This document shows positions 29,231 through 39,635 of a DNA stretch of 64,000 nucleotides, piece after piece. The first letter of the stretch is position 1, and every line of letters starts with the position of its first letter. Origin of the DNA: Vicinamibacteria bacterium (GTDB lineage Bacteria > Acidobacteriota > Vicinamibacteria > Marinacidobacterales > Marinacidobacteraceae); NCBI GenBank assembly GCA_964291235.2, contig OZ219815.1, positions 1 to 64,000 of the forward strand. Reading direction: 5' to 3'. A program made the translations under genes and the position numbers. A model generated the notes under the pieces. That model saw only the letters and a program-made list of their open reading frames with translations, was not told the DNA's origin and made no database searches.

Positions 29231-30064
29231 ATGAATATCGGCGCTTCGCTGCTCCTTGGAATCGTGCAGGGTCTCACCGAGTTCCTGCCGGTCTCCAGTT
29301 CGGGGCACCTGGTTCTCGGCCGGGCCCTCCTGCCGGATGAGGCGCTCCGCAGTCCGGGGGTGCTCTTCGAAATCGTGGTCCATCTGGGAACGCTCGGCGC
29401 CGCCCTCATCTATCTCCGCCGGGAGGTGGCCGGGCTGCTGCGATCGCTCGTCGGCCGAGGCGCCGGCTCCGCCGCGGGACGGCGGCTGATCGGGCTGCTG
29501 CTTGCCGCCTCGATTCCGGCGGCGGTCGTCGGAATCGCCTTCCAGGACCAGATCCATCGCGCCTTCAGCGGCATCGGCTTCGCTGCCGGCGGGCTGGTGC
29601 TGACCGGCGCGGTACTCCTCTTTTTCCGGCGCCCCGTGCCCGCCGCCGAGGCCGGATCGGACATCCCGGTCCTGCCCCGCGGCCTTTCCGATGCGCTCTG
29701 GATCGGGATGGCGCAGGCGGCGGCCATTCTCCCGGGGGTTTCGCGGTCGGGCATGACGATCATCGCCGGCCGCGAACGCGGCGTCTCCGCCACCGACGCC
29801 GCCCGTTTCAGCTTCCTGTTGTCGGCCCCGGTGATCGCCGGAGCGGCGCTTCTCGAGGGCTCCTCGGTACTCGGTAGCGGAGCGCTTGCCGAAGGCGGAG
29901 CCATCGTGGCCATGGAACTCGCGGTCGGCTTCGCCGCCGCGTTCGTGGCTGGGACGCTCGCGCTGCGCTGGGTATTCGACTGGCTTGCCCGGGAGCGGTT
30001 CCACCAGTTCGGCTGGTACTGCCTCTCGGTCGGAGGGATCGGCATTGGCCTTTCAAGCCCTTAG
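29231..30064 (+). CDS. uppP: Undecaprenyl-diphosphate phosphatase
   Basis: QGLTEFLPVSSSGH, PGVSRSGMT, ARFSFLL. Confidence 0.95.
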   Translation: MNIGASLLLGIVQGLTEFLPVSSSGHLVLGRALLPDEALRSPGVLFEIVVHLGTLGAALIYLRREVAGLLRSLVGRGAGSAAGRRLIGLLLAASIPAAVVGIAFQDQIHRAFSGIGFAAGGLVLTGAVLLFFRRPVPAAEAGSDIPVLPRGLSDALWIGMAQAAAILPGVSRSGMTIIAGRERGVSATDAARFSFLLSAPVIAGAALLEGSSVLGSGALAEGGAIVAMELAVGFAAAFVAGTLALRWVFDWLARERFHQFGWYCLSVGGIGIGLSSP

Positions 30065-32336
30065 GTCGACGTTCGGCCGACGCGGAGTCGTGGGCGTCGC
30101 CCTGCTCGCCGCCGCCGCCCTGATCCTGCTCGCGCTCGTCTCGTATTCACCCGCGGATCCGGTGCTGCTCCTCAAGGCGGGAACCGAACGAACGGTGACG
30201 AACTGGCTGGGGCCCACCGGCGCGTTTCTCGCCGAGGTCATCCTGCAACTCGTCGGCGTAGTCGGCTTCGTGCTTCCGCTGGTGCTGGTCCAGGCAGCGC
30301 GACGCCGTTTGCGCCCCGAGCCTCCCGAGGGGGACGACTCGACCGCGGTCCGGATGGTCATTCTCGCGAGTCTCGCGGTCAGCGCCACAGGGCTCGCCTC
30401 GCTCGCCCAGCAGGTCTTCGGCGACGCGGCGCGCGAAGGCTTCGCCTGGGGCGGCGTCGGCGGCTCGCTGCTGGCGACCGGCCTCTCGGGCGCGATGAAC
30501 CCGCTCGGCGCCGGCGTGGTGCTGGGAGCCATCGGGCTGATGGGGTACGCAGCGCTTCGGGAATGGGGCTTCGCCGGACCGGTGCTCAAGGAACACGACG
30601 CGAGCCACGCCCCGAGCTGGATCACCCGGTTCATCCATCGGCTGCGTCCGCCCAAGCCTCCGGTGGAGGAACTCGGGATCATGGAGCCGGAAACCGAGGA
30701 ACCCGCGGAGCGGCCCTTGGTGGTGCGCTTCGGGGGCAAACGCAAGAAGGCCGGATCGGAAACCGACCCGGCCAAGGAAGCGGTTCCGGTGGCCCGGCCG
30801 CGCTCTCGGCCCGATCTGCTCACCACGCCTGCGAAACCGAACTCGCGGCCGGCGCCCGGCGCCTGGAAACTGCCCTCGCTCCAGCTTCTGACCCGGCGCG
30901 CCCACCAGCCCGCTCCCGCGAAGCGCGCGCTCGAGGCGCGGCGGAAGGCTCTCGAGGCCGCCTGCCTCGAACACGGGGTCCGCGGCCAGGTGGACCGTAT
31001 CCAGCCGGGGCCGGTGGTCACCACCTTCGAGTTCCGCCTGGGCGAAGGGGAAACGCTCAAGAAGATCCGCAACCGTCACGAAGAGATCTGCATGGCGCTG
31101 CGCGCCCCCGCCATCCGCGTCGAGCGAGTGAAGGGCAAGGGGGTGGTGGGGATCGAAGTGCCGAACGAATCGCCCTCGATCGTGGGGCTCCGGGAGATTC
31201 TCGAGGCATCCGAGTTCCAGGACGAGACCGGGTCGCTTCCGATCGCGATCGGGCGACTCGTGGACGGGCGGCCGCTGGTCAAGGACCTCGCGGAGATGCC
31301 CCACCTGCTGATCGCGGGGGCCACCGGCGCCGGCAAGTCGGTGCAGATCAACACCCTGCTCTGCTCCTTGCTCGCGCGGCGCACCCCGGACGAGCTTCGG
31401 CTGATCCTGATCGATCCCAAGCGGGTGGAACTTCGGCCGTACCGGAACATCCCGCACCTGTTGACCCCGCTCATCCTGGAACCCGACCAGGCGAAGACGG
31501 TTCTCCAGCACGCCTGCCGCGAGCTGGACCGCCGCACCCGCATTCTCGAGGAGCACGGGGTGCGCAACATCGACGGCTTCAACAACCTGGTGGCGAAGAT
31601 GGCGGCCGACCAGGCGAAGAAGCGCCGCAAGAAGAAGGATGAGGAGGAGCCCGAGGTACCGGCGCCGCTGCCCCGGCTGGTGATCGTGGTGGATGAACTC
31701 GCTGACCTCTTCATCCACGCCAAGGCGGAAGTAACTCCCGCGATCCAGCGGCTGCTCAGCCTGGGACGCGCCGAGGGCATCCACCTGGTGCTGGCGACCC
31801 AGCGGCCCTCGACCGACATCGTGAGCGGGACGCTCAAGGCGAACCTGCCGACCCGCATCGCCTTCCGGGTGGCCAGCTACGTGGACTCGCGCACCATCCT
31901 GGACCGGGTGGGCGCGGAGATGCTGCTGGGCAAGGGCGACATGCTGATGATGCGGCCGGGCGCCGACCTGCCCCGGGCGCAGGGTGGGTTCGTGGACGAG
32001 AAAGAGGTCGGCAAGCTCGTCAAGTTCTGGGAGCGCGCCGCCGAACCGGTCTTCGACACCGGAATGCTCGAAGAGGAGCAGCCGCTTCCCTTCGTCCGTG
32101 CCGGCAACGGCGCGGCCCCGGCGGCCGGCGGAACCCCCAAGGGCGATTCGCTGCTGCCCCAGGCCCGCGACCTCATTATCCGGGAGCAGAAGGCATCCAC
32201 TTCCATGCTGCAGACCGAGATGGGCCTCGGCTATCAGCGAGCGCGGCGCATCGTCGCCGAACTCGAACGCCAGGGCGTGGTCGGCCCCGCCCACGGCGCC
32301 AAGCCGCGCGACGTCCTGGTCGCTCCCCCCTCCTGA
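30045..32336 (+). CDS. ftsK: DNA translocase FtsK
   Basis: N-terminal 4-TM domain (NWLG..GA), MPHLLIAGATGAGKS, VDELADL, ATQRPS, gamma domain; TTG start inferred. Confidence 0.95.
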   Translation: MAFQALRSTFGRRGVVGVALLAAAALILLALVSYSPADPVLLLKAGTERTVTNWLGPTGAFLAEVILQLVGVVGFVLPLVLVQAARRRLRPEPPEGDDSTAVRMVILASLAVSATGLASLAQQVFGDAAREGFAWGGVGGSLLATGLSGAMNPLGAGVVLGAIGLMGYAALREWGFAGPVLKEHDASHAPSWITRFIHRLRPPKPPVEELGIMEPETEEPAERPLVVRFGGKRKKAGSETDPAKEAVPVARPRSRPDLLTTPAKPNSRPAPGAWKLPSLQLLTRRAHQPAPAKRALEARRKALEAACLEHGVRGQVDRIQPGPVVTTFEFRLGEGETLKKIRNRHEEICMALRAPAIRVERVKGKGVVGIEVPNESPSIVGLREILEASEFQDETGSLPIAIGRLVDGRPLVKDLAEMPHLLIAGATGAGKSVQINTLLCSLLARRTPDELRLILIDPKRVELRPYRNIPHLLTPLILEPDQAKTVLQHACRELDRRTRILEEHGVRNIDGFNNLVAKMAADQAKKRRKKKDEEEPEVPAPLPRLVIVVDELADLFIHAKAEVTPAIQRLLSLGRAEGIHLVLATQRPSTDIVSGTLKANLPTRIAFRVASYVDSRTILDRVGAEMLLGKGDMLMMRPGADLPRAQGGFVDEKEVGKLVKFWERAAEPVFDTGMLEEEQPLPFVRAGNGAAPAAGGTPKGDSLLPQARDLIIREQKASTSMLQTEMGLGYQRARRIVAELERQGVVGPAHGAKPRDVLVAPPS

Positions 32337-32343
32337 GTTGCCC

Positions 32344-34248
32344 GTGATCCCCGCGTCCCGCTCCGCCCGCCTTGCCGGGGCGGGCCTCGTCCTGCTCCTG
32401 AGCGCCGGGGTGGCGGTGGCCGGTCCGGCTTCCGGCGCCGCGGCGACCAGGAGCGCGGGCGCCGGGCGCGCCCTGCAGACCGCCAAACAGCTCTACGAGG
32501 CGGCGCGGCGGGCGGAGGAGTCGCTCCGGGGATCGACGAGCGCGATGCGCAACAAGGACCGGTGGGAGAGCGTCGGCCGGAAATACCGGGCCGTGGTTCT
32601 TTCCTATCCCCGCAGCGGCTATTGCGACGACGCGCTCTACTACGCCGGAGGGATCTACGGCGACGCTGCCGAACGCTTCGACGACCGCCGCCTGGCGGTC
32701 CGGGCCACCGACGCCTGGGCGCTGCTGGCCCGTGGGTATCCGGCAAGCCGCTGGGCGCCGAAGGCGCTCTACGAGCAGGTGCGCCTCTATGCCGGCCGGC
32801 TCGACGACGAGGCCGCGGCGCGGCGCGCGTTCGAACGGCTGAAGCTCCGGGCGGCGCGGGCGGCCGAGACCCGGATGGCGGCCGCGATCCTCGACCCGCC
32901 CGAGGCGGCCCCCGAGACGGCCCCCGAGCGGACCGCCGCACGGCCGGTCAAGGTTGCGGAGCCGCCCGCCCCGGCTGGCGAGCCGTCCGCCGGGGCTGGC
33001 AAGCAGGCGGCGCCGGTAAGACCCGAGCCCGCCGATCCGCCGACCACCGTCCGGAACATCCGCCACTGGGTCGGCGATTCGCACACCCGGGTGGTGATCG
33101 ACCTGAGCGGGCCGACGCCGCACACCGAGGGCCGGCTCACGAATCCGGACCGGGTGTTCTTCGACCTCCACGGCTCGACGCCGGACGACGAACTGGAGAG
33201 CCGGGCGTTCCCCATCGAAGGCTCCCACCTCCAACAGATCCGGCTCGGCATTCCCGAGCCCAGCACCACCCGGGTGGTGCTGGACTTTTCGAGCATCCGG
33301 GAGGTGACGGTCTTCGCGCTTCCCGATCCCTACCGGCTGGTGGTGGACATCCACGGAGCGCCCCCGGTGCAGGTGGCGGACGGCTCCGCCAGCGAGGCGG
33401 AGTCCGCTTCCGCCGCGGAGCGCGAAGCCGGCGACGCATCCCGGCCGCCGCCAGCCGGTTCCACCGGCGGCGAAGAGGAGACCTCGGCTTCCGTGCCGCG
33501 CCGCACCGAGGGCGGTTACTCGATGGCGCGCCAGCTCGGGGCCCGGGTGGGCCGCATCGTGATTGACGCGGGCCACGGCGGGAAGGACCCCGGCACCCAC
33601 GCCGGGAGTCTCCGGGAGAAGGACATCGCGCTCGACATCGCCAAGCGCCTCCGCGACGACCTCGAGGGGCGCGGCTTCGAAGTGATCATGACCCGGGACA
33701 AGGACGTCTTCATCCCCCTCGAGCAACGTGCCTTCATCGCCAACAGCCGCGAGGCGGACATCTTCGTTTCCGTCCACGTCAACGCCGCCGGAAACCGGAG
33801 GGCCCGGGGTCTCGAGACCTTCTACCTGAACCTGGCGACCACCGCGGACGCGGCGGAGGTGGCCGCCCGGGAAAACGCCACCACCGGCAAGGTCCGGATC
33901 GCCGATGTCCGGAAGCTGGTGGACCAGATCATGAACCACGACCGGAAAGAGGAATCCCGCGAACTCGCGACGACGATTCAGGCGCAGATCGCCGAGACCA
34001 TTCTGGGCCGGGTCAAGCACCCTCTGAACCGGGGGGTGAAGACCGCCGGGTTCCATGTGCTGCTGGGCGCGCAGATGCCCGCGGTGCTCGTCGAGGTCGG
34101 CTTCGTGAGCAACCGGGAGGAGGCGAGGCAGCTCCGCAGCGCGTCCCACCGGAAGAAAATGGCGGCGGCCATCGCCGACGGGATCGCGCGCTACGCGGAG
34201 ACCCTCGGCCAGGTCGTCCAGACGACCGCCGCCAAGGGCAACGAGTAG
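32344..34248 (+). CDS. N-acetylmuramoyl-L-alanine amidase (TPR-like + AMIN + Amidase_3)
   Basis: IDAGHGGKDPG, EKDIAL, SVHVNA, MPAVLVEVGFVSN; AMIN-type TRVVIDL; start approximate. Confidence 0.92.
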   Translation: MIPASRSARLAGAGLVLLLSAGVAVAGPASGAAATRSAGAGRALQTAKQLYEAARRAEESLRGSTSAMRNKDRWESVGRKYRAVVLSYPRSGYCDDALYYAGGIYGDAAERFDDRRLAVRATDAWALLARGYPASRWAPKALYEQVRLYAGRLDDEAAARRAFERLKLRAARAAETRMAAAILDPPEAAPETAPERTAARPVKVAEPPAPAGEPSAGAGKQAAPVRPEPADPPTTVRNIRHWVGDSHTRVVIDLSGPTPHTEGRLTNPDRVFFDLHGSTPDDELESRAFPIEGSHLQQIRLGIPEPSTTRVVLDFSSIREVTVFALPDPYRLVVDIHGAPPVQVADGSASEAESASAAEREAGDASRPPPAGSTGGEEETSASVPRRTEGGYSMARQLGARVGRIVIDAGHGGKDPGTHAGSLREKDIALDIAKRLRDDLEGRGFEVIMTRDKDVFIPLEQRAFIANSREADIFVSVHVNAAGNRRARGLETFYLNLATTADAAEVAARENATTGKVRIADVRKLVDQIMNHDRKEESRELATTIQAQIAETILGRVKHPLNRGVKTAGFHVLLGAQMPAVLVEVGFVSNREEARQLRSASHRKKMAAAIADGIARYAETLGQVVQTTAAKGNE

Positions 34249-34314
34249 CAGGCGAGGAGCGCCGCAAAGCGCCAGTTCTCCCGGTGTGGGGGGGCGGCCA
34301 GTCCTCCGTGACGC

Positions 34315-34752
34315 TGGTGGTCCGTTCCGCCGCCCCGCCTGCGGCGGGGCTGTGCCGATCTGGAGATCGGCGTTCCATTGCGGTCGCCCGCCGCCTGCGC
34401 TCGTGGTGGTTCGTCCCGCCGCCCCGCCTGCGGCGGGGCTGTGCCGATCTGGAGATCGGCGTTCCATTGCGGTCGCCCGCCGTTTGCGCTCGTGAGGGTC
34501 CGTCCCGCCGCCCCGCCGGCGGCGGGGCTGTGCCGATCTGGAGATCGGCGTTCCAGTGCGGTCGCCCGCCGTCTGCGCTCGTGCGGGTCCGTCCCGCCGC
34601 CCCGCCTGCGGCGGCGCTGTGCCGATCTGGAGATCGGCGTTCCATTGCGGTCGCCCGCCGTTTGCGCTCGTGAGGGTCCGTCCCGCCGCCCCGCCTGCGG
34701 CGGGGCTGTGCCGATCTGGAGATCGGCGTTCCATTGCGGTCGCCCGCCGCCC
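34315..34752 (-). repeat. REP array (GATC stem variant), 89-bp period, 5 copies
   Basis: GTGCCGATCTGGAGATCGGCGTTCC at 34352, 34441, 34530, 34619 and 34708. Confidence 0.93.
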
Positions 34753-34785
34753 CGGCTGGGGCGGGGCTAAGCCAAAAAAACAAAT

Positions 34786-34920
34786 GGTGGCGAACCTCGG
34801 GTTCGCCGCCTGCCTGACCGGGGGAAAGTGTGAAAGGGGGAGCCCCCCCTTTCACAAAAACAACTACTCCCATCGCAACTTGCCGCAGCCCGCCGAAGGC
34901 GGGCAAGGAAGTTCCGATGG
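34786..34920 (+). repeat. Three-hairpin element, copy 2
   Basis: GGTGGCGAAC/GTTCGCCGCC, TGTGAAAGGGGG/CCCCCTTTCACA, CCATCG.AACTT/AAGTT.CGATGG. Confidence 0.8.
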
Positions 34921-35035
34921 CCGACGCGCAGCGTCGGGTGGACCCTGGACGGGGCCCCTACGCAAGGAGAATTGAAGATTCCGACTCAGGCTGCCCGGAG
35001 TTCGGGGCCCCGTCCAGGGTCCACTCCGGCCTGGG

Positions 35036-35108
<73 letters not shown>

Positions 35109-35169
35109 TACGGGCGCCCGCTCGCTTACGGGCGCGGTAGTTTGGCACAGCGCGGAGGCCGACCGCCGG

Positions 35170-36234
35170 TCAGCCCTCGGTGGCTTCCTCCTCGTCCTCG
35201 CCGTCGAGGCCGAGCGCCTTCCGCACCCGTGCTTCCACCTCTGCCGCCAGCGGTTCGTCCTCGAGCAGCGCGCGACGGGTCCGCTCGCGCCCCTGACCGA
35301 TCTGTTCGCCCTGGTAGGAGTACCAGGCGCCGCTCTTTTCGATGATCCGCTCGCGGACCGCGAGGTCGATCAGGTCACCGGCCCGCGAAATCCCCTCGCC
35401 GTAGCGGACGTCGAACTCCGCCTGCCGGAAGGGAGGGGCCACCTTGTTCTTGACCACCTTGATCCGCGTCCGGTTGCCGATCACCGCGTCGCCTTCCTTC
35501 AGGGCGCCGATCCGCCGGATGTCCACGCGAACCGAGGAATAGAACTTGAGCGCCCGTCCACCGGTGGTGGTCTCCGGGTTGCCGAACATGACCCCGATCT
35601 TTTCCCGGAGCTGGTTGATGAAAACGAGGCAGGTGGACGACTTGGAGACGATCCCGGTGAGCTTGCGCAGCGCCTTCGACATGAGCCGCGCCTGCAGGCC
35701 CACCTGGGCGTCCCCCATTTCCCCGTCGAGCTCGGCGCGCGGCACGAGCGCGGCGACGGAGTCCACCACCACGACGTCCACCGACCCGCTGCGGACGAGC
35801 GTCTCGGTGATCTCGAGTGCCTGCTCGCCGTCATCCGGCTGGGAAACGAGCAGCTCGTCCGTTTTGACCCCGAGCGCCCGGCAATAGTCCGGATCGAGCG
35901 CGTGCTCGGCGTCCACGAAGGCCGCAACGCCGCCGAGCGCCTGGGCGGAGGCCACCACGGTGAGCGCGAGCGTGGTCTTTCCGGAGGACTCCGGGCCGTA
36001 AACCTCCACCACCCGGCCGCGGGGGAAGCCTCCCACGCCGAGGGCGGCGTCCACGGAGATGATTCCGGTCGGAATGGAGGACACGTCGAGGGCGGACGAT
36101 CCGAGGCGCATGATGGCGCCGCGGCCGTGTTGTTTTTCGATCTGCCCGAGGGCGATGTCGAGGGCGCGGGAGCGCTGGTCGGCGCTCTTTGATTGCTTGG
36201 CGTCTGGCGACGCTTTCCTTGCATTTGGCGACAT
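35170..36234 (-). CDS. recA: Recombinase A
   Basis: [34 protein letters not shown]. Confidence 0.98.
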   Translation of the reverse strand: MSPNARKASPDAKQSKSADQRSRALDIALGQIEKQHGRGAIMRLGSSALDVSSIPTGIISVDAALGVGGFPRGRVVEVYGPESSGKTTLALTVVASAQALGGVAAFVDAEHALDPDYCRALGVKTDELLVSQPDDGEQALEITETLVRSGSVDVVVVDSVAALVPRAELDGEMGDAQVGLQARLMSKALRKLTGIVSKSSTCLVFINQLREKIGVMFGNPETTTGGRALKFYSSVRVDIRRIGALKEGDAVIGNRTRIKVVKNKVAPPFRQAEFDVRYGEGISRAGDLIDLAVRERIIEKSGAWYSYQGEQIGQGRERTRRALLEDEPLAAEVEARVRKALGLDGEDEEEATEG

Positions 36235-36370
36235 GGGTGGCGGGAGTCTCCTCGTGGGAAATGGGCGCCCCTGCCCCGGAATGGGCGGTGCGGCTTTACT
36301 GCTCTACAGGCTAAGACGTAATTGAGCCAAATTTTGTCCCACCCTGCGGATCTCGCCCTTCGGAGCGGCG

Positions 36371-37249
36371 CTAACGGCCCGCCGCACCCGAGTAGTCGTA
36401 GAAGCCACGGCCGGTCTTTCGGCCCAGCCGGCCCGCGTCCACGAGCTTCACGAGCAGCGGGCACGGGCGATAGCGGGGGTCGCCGAATCCGTCCTGCAGC
36501 ACCCGCAGGATGTCCAGGACCACGTCGAGGCCGATGAGATCGGCGAGGGCGAGCGGCCCCATCGGGTGGCGCATCCCCAGCTTCATGATCCGGTCGATGT
36601 CCTCCGCGGTCCCCACCCCCTCCATGAGGGCAAAGGCGGCCTCGTTGATCATGGGGATGAGGACCCGGTTCGAGACGAACCCGGGAGCGTCGTTGACCGC
36701 GCAGGGCGTCTTCCCGAGGCGGCGCGCCAGGTCCATGGTGGTCTCGAAGGTGGCGTCGGAGGTCTCCAGACCCCGGATGACCTCCACCAGCTCCATGACC
36801 GGCACCGGGTTCATGAAGTGCATGCCGATGAAGCGTTCGGAGCGGCCGGTCGCGGCTCCGAGCCGGGTGATGGAGATGGACGAGGTGTTCGTCGCGAGGA
36901 TGGCCTGCGGCGGCAGGAGCGGCTCGAGCGCCGCGTAGAGCGAGAGCTTGGCGGCCTCGTTCTCGACGATGGCCTCCACCGCGAATCCGGCGCCGGCGGC
37001 CGCCGCCAGCTCCGTTCCCGGGTGAATCCGGCGAAACGCCGCCTGCGCCTCGGGCTCGGAGAGCGTTCCGCGCTTCACCTGGCGCCCCAGGTTCTTCTCG
37101 ACGGTCGCCATGCCGCGCGCGGTGAACTCTTCCTTGATGTCCACCAGGTCCACCTCGACGCCGGCCACGGCGAAGACCTGGGCGATGCCGTTCCCCATGG
37201 TCCCGGCGCCGACCACCAGCGCCCGCCGCACGGCGTCCGAATCAGGCAC
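36371..37249 (-). CDS. hbd: 3-hydroxybutyryl-CoA dehydrogenase
   Basis: [38 protein letters not shown]. Confidence 0.93.
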   Translation of the reverse strand: MPDSDAVRRALVVGAGTMGNGIAQVFAVAGVEVDLVDIKEEFTARGMATVEKNLGRQVKRGTLSEPEAQAAFRRIHPGTELAAAAGAGFAVEAIVENEAAKLSLYAALEPLLPPQAILATNTSSISITRLGAATGRSERFIGMHFMNPVPVMELVEVIRGLETSDATFETTMDLARRLGKTPCAVNDAPGFVSNRVLIPMINEAAFALMEGVGTAEDIDRIMKLGMRHPMGPLALADLIGLDVVLDILRVLQDGFGDPRYRPCPLLVKLVDAGRLGRKTGRGFYDYSGAAGR

Positions 37250-38459
37250 GTTCCACTCCCAGCGCCACCCCGTTGCCGCCGCCCAGGCAGAGACTCGCCA
37301 CTCCGCGGTCCAGCTTTCCCTCCCGCAGCAGATAGAGCAGAGTGGTGAGGATGCGAGCCCCGCTCGCGCCGATGGGATGGCCGAGCGCGACGGCCCCGCC
37401 GTTCACGTTCGTCCGCTCGGCCGGAAGCCCGAGTTCCGCCTGCACCGCGACCGCCTGGGCCGCGAACGCCTCGTTGATCTCGAAGAGATCCACCCCGTCC
37501 ACCGTCCAGCCGAGCCGGTCGAGGAGCTTTCGGACCGCGGGCACCGGGGTCATCATGACCCACCCGGGTTCGAGCCCCGAGACCGCCTGCCCGGTGATCC
37601 GCGCGAGACGCGGCAGGCGGTGCCGGCGGACGGCGGCGTCCGAGGCGATCACGAGCGCGGCGGCGCCGTCGTTCACCCCCGGGGCGTTCCCGGCGGTCAC
37701 CCGGCCGCCCGCGCGAAAGACCGGACGGAGCCGGGCCAGCGACTCCGCGTTCGCTTCCGGCCGGATCGACTCGTCCCGCTCCACCACCACCGGACCCTTC
37801 CGCGCCGGTACCTCGACGGGGAGAATCTCGGCGGCGAAGCGGCCGGCCTCGGTGGCGGCGTGGGCGCGGCGCTGGCTTTCGGCGGCGTAGGCGTCCATCG
37901 CCTCGCGGGTCACCCCGTAGCGGTCGGCGACCCGCTCCGCGGTCTCGCCCATGTGGATGTCCTCGAAGGCGTCGGTCAGCCCGTCGTGCACCATCGAATC
38001 CACGAGGCTCCCGTCCCCCATCTTCGATCCCGCCCGCATGCCCGACACGAGGTGGGGAGCGTTCGACATGGACTCCATGCCGCCCGCGACCACCACGTCG
38101 GCATCGCCGGCGAGGATCGCCTGGCGGGCGAGCATGACCGCCTTCAGCCCGGACCCGCACACCTTGTTGATGGTGAGCGCCCCGACCGCGGGGGACAGCC
38201 CGGCGCCGAGCGCGGCCTGGCGCGCCGGGTTCTGACCGATCCCGGCGGTGAGGACGTTGCCGAGGATGACCTCTTCCACCGCATCCGGGGGCGCTCCGGC
38301 CCGTTCCACCGCCTCCCGGACCACCAGGGCCCCGAGTTTCGGGGCGGGGAGCGGCGAAAGTCCGCCGAGCAGCTTGCCGATCGGGGTGCGAACCGCGGAC
38401 GAGATCCAGACCGCGGGCGGCCCGTTCGCTCCGGGCTGCTCCCTGGCCCCCTCGCTCAT
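37242..38459 (-). CDS. Acetyl-CoA acetyltransferase (thiolase)
   Basis: [27 protein letters not shown]. Confidence 0.95.
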   Translation of the reverse strand: MSEGAREQPGANGPPAVWISSAVRTPIGKLLGGLSPLPAPKLGALVVREAVERAGAPPDAVEEVILGNVLTAGIGQNPARQAALGAGLSPAVGALTINKVCGSGLKAVMLARQAILAGDADVVVAGGMESMSNAPHLVSGMRAGSKMGDGSLVDSMVHDGLTDAFEDIHMGETAERVADRYGVTREAMDAYAAESQRRAHAATEAGRFAAEILPVEVPARKGPVVVERDESIRPEANAESLARLRPVFRAGGRVTAGNAPGVNDGAAALVIASDAAVRRHRLPRLARITGQAVSGLEPGWVMMTPVPAVRKLLDRLGWTVDGVDLFEINEAFAAQAVAVQAELGLPAERTNVNGGAVALGHPIGASGARILTTLLYLLREGKLDRGVASLCLGGGNGVALGVERA

Positions 38460-38830
38460 GCCGCCGGCCCTCCGGCGGCCTCGTCCCGGGCCAGCGAGAG
38501 GCTCCCGAATTCGACCCGGATCCGCAGGCTGGCGTCCGGAAGGCCGGCGGCGCGCACCAGGTTCCGGGCGATCTCCGTTCGGCGGCGGTGCGCCTCGGCG
38601 CGGATTCGCGGATCGTCGGTGACGATCGTCAGGATGCGCCGCTCGACGCGCACCGGAACGGCGTTCCGGGCAATCCCTTCGGGCACCGCGCGGTCCCAGA
38701 GCGTCTTCAGGAACTCGAGGTCCAGAACCCGGCCCTGCTCCCGGCGCGGCAGCGCCAGCCCGAGAAGCTCCCCGAGCCGGACCGGGTCGCCACCCCGCCC
38801 CGAGGGAGGCGGCGGGGGAACACTCGGCAT
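38456..38830 (-). CDS. DciA/DUF721-family protein
   Basis: LGELL..W...V...IA.NA.PV....LTI pattern; size. Confidence 0.7.
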   Translation of the reverse strand: MPSVPPPPPSGRGGDPVRLGELLGLALPRREQGRVLDLEFLKTLWDRAVPEGIARNAVPVRVERRILTIVTDDPRIRAEAHRRRTEIARNLVRAAGLPDASLRIRVEFGSLSLARDEAAGGPAA

Positions 38831-38954
38831 GGAAACATCGTAGCGTGGCGGAGGGCCCCCGGCGCAGCCAGTCTCACCGGGGCGCAAACCTCAAATTCGC
38901 CCGTACGGCTGGTATAGTCGAATGAAATTGGGAACTCGATCCGGAGGGACTTCA

Positions 38955-39635
38955 ATGGCCCAGACCAGGTATCCGAAAACGCCTCCCGGGGATCACCCCG
39001 ACGAGCGCACCGAGACCGCTGAGACCGAGGCGCGGGGACCATTTTCCCGACGCCAGTTCCTGCGGGGAAGCGCCGCCGCCGGCGCCGCCTCCGCGGGGCT
39101 GCTGTCCGGCTTCCTCGACGAAGCCGCGGCTCAGGGAGAGCCGGGGGTCGCCGGCCCGGGCGCCGTGGACATGTCGTTCCGGATCAACGGGAAGGCGTAC
39201 GTCGCCACCCTCGAGCCCCGGGTCACGTTGCTCGACGCGCTCCGCAACCACCTCGACCTGACCGGCGCCAAGAAGGTCTGCGACCGCGGCACCTGCGGCG
39301 CCTGCACGGTGCTGCTGAACGGCGATCCGGTCTACGCCTGCTCGGTGCTCGCGATCGAGGCGCAGGGCGCCGACATCACCACCATCGAGGGCATCGGCTC
39401 GCCGGCGGAGATGCACCCCATCCAGCAGGCGTTCGTGGACAACGACGCCCAGCAGTGCGGCTTCTGCACCCCGGGTTTCGTGGTCGCCAGCGCGGCGCTC
39501 CTGAACCGTCATCCGAACCCCGACCCGGACACCGTCCACCGGGAGCTCGGCGGCAATCTGTGCCGCTGCGGCACCTATGCCGGCGTCCGGGCGGCCGTAG
39601 CCCAGGCGGCCGGAGGAGGAACCACCAATGGCTGA
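38955..39635 (+). CDS. XDH-family 2x[2Fe-2S] subunit with Tat signal (PaoA/YagT-like)
   Basis: SRRQFL; CDRGTCGAC..C; QCGFCTPG; NLCRC. Confidence 0.94.
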   Translation: MAQTRYPKTPPGDHPDERTETAETEARGPFSRRQFLRGSAAAGAASAGLLSGFLDEAAAQGEPGVAGPGAVDMSFRINGKAYVATLEPRVTLLDALRNHLDLTGAKKVCDRGTCGACTVLLNGDPVYACSVLAIEAQGADITTIEGIGSPAEMHPIQQAFVDNDAQQCGFCTPGFVVASAALLNRHPNPDPDTVHRELGGNLCRCGTYAGVRAAVAQAAGGGTTNG

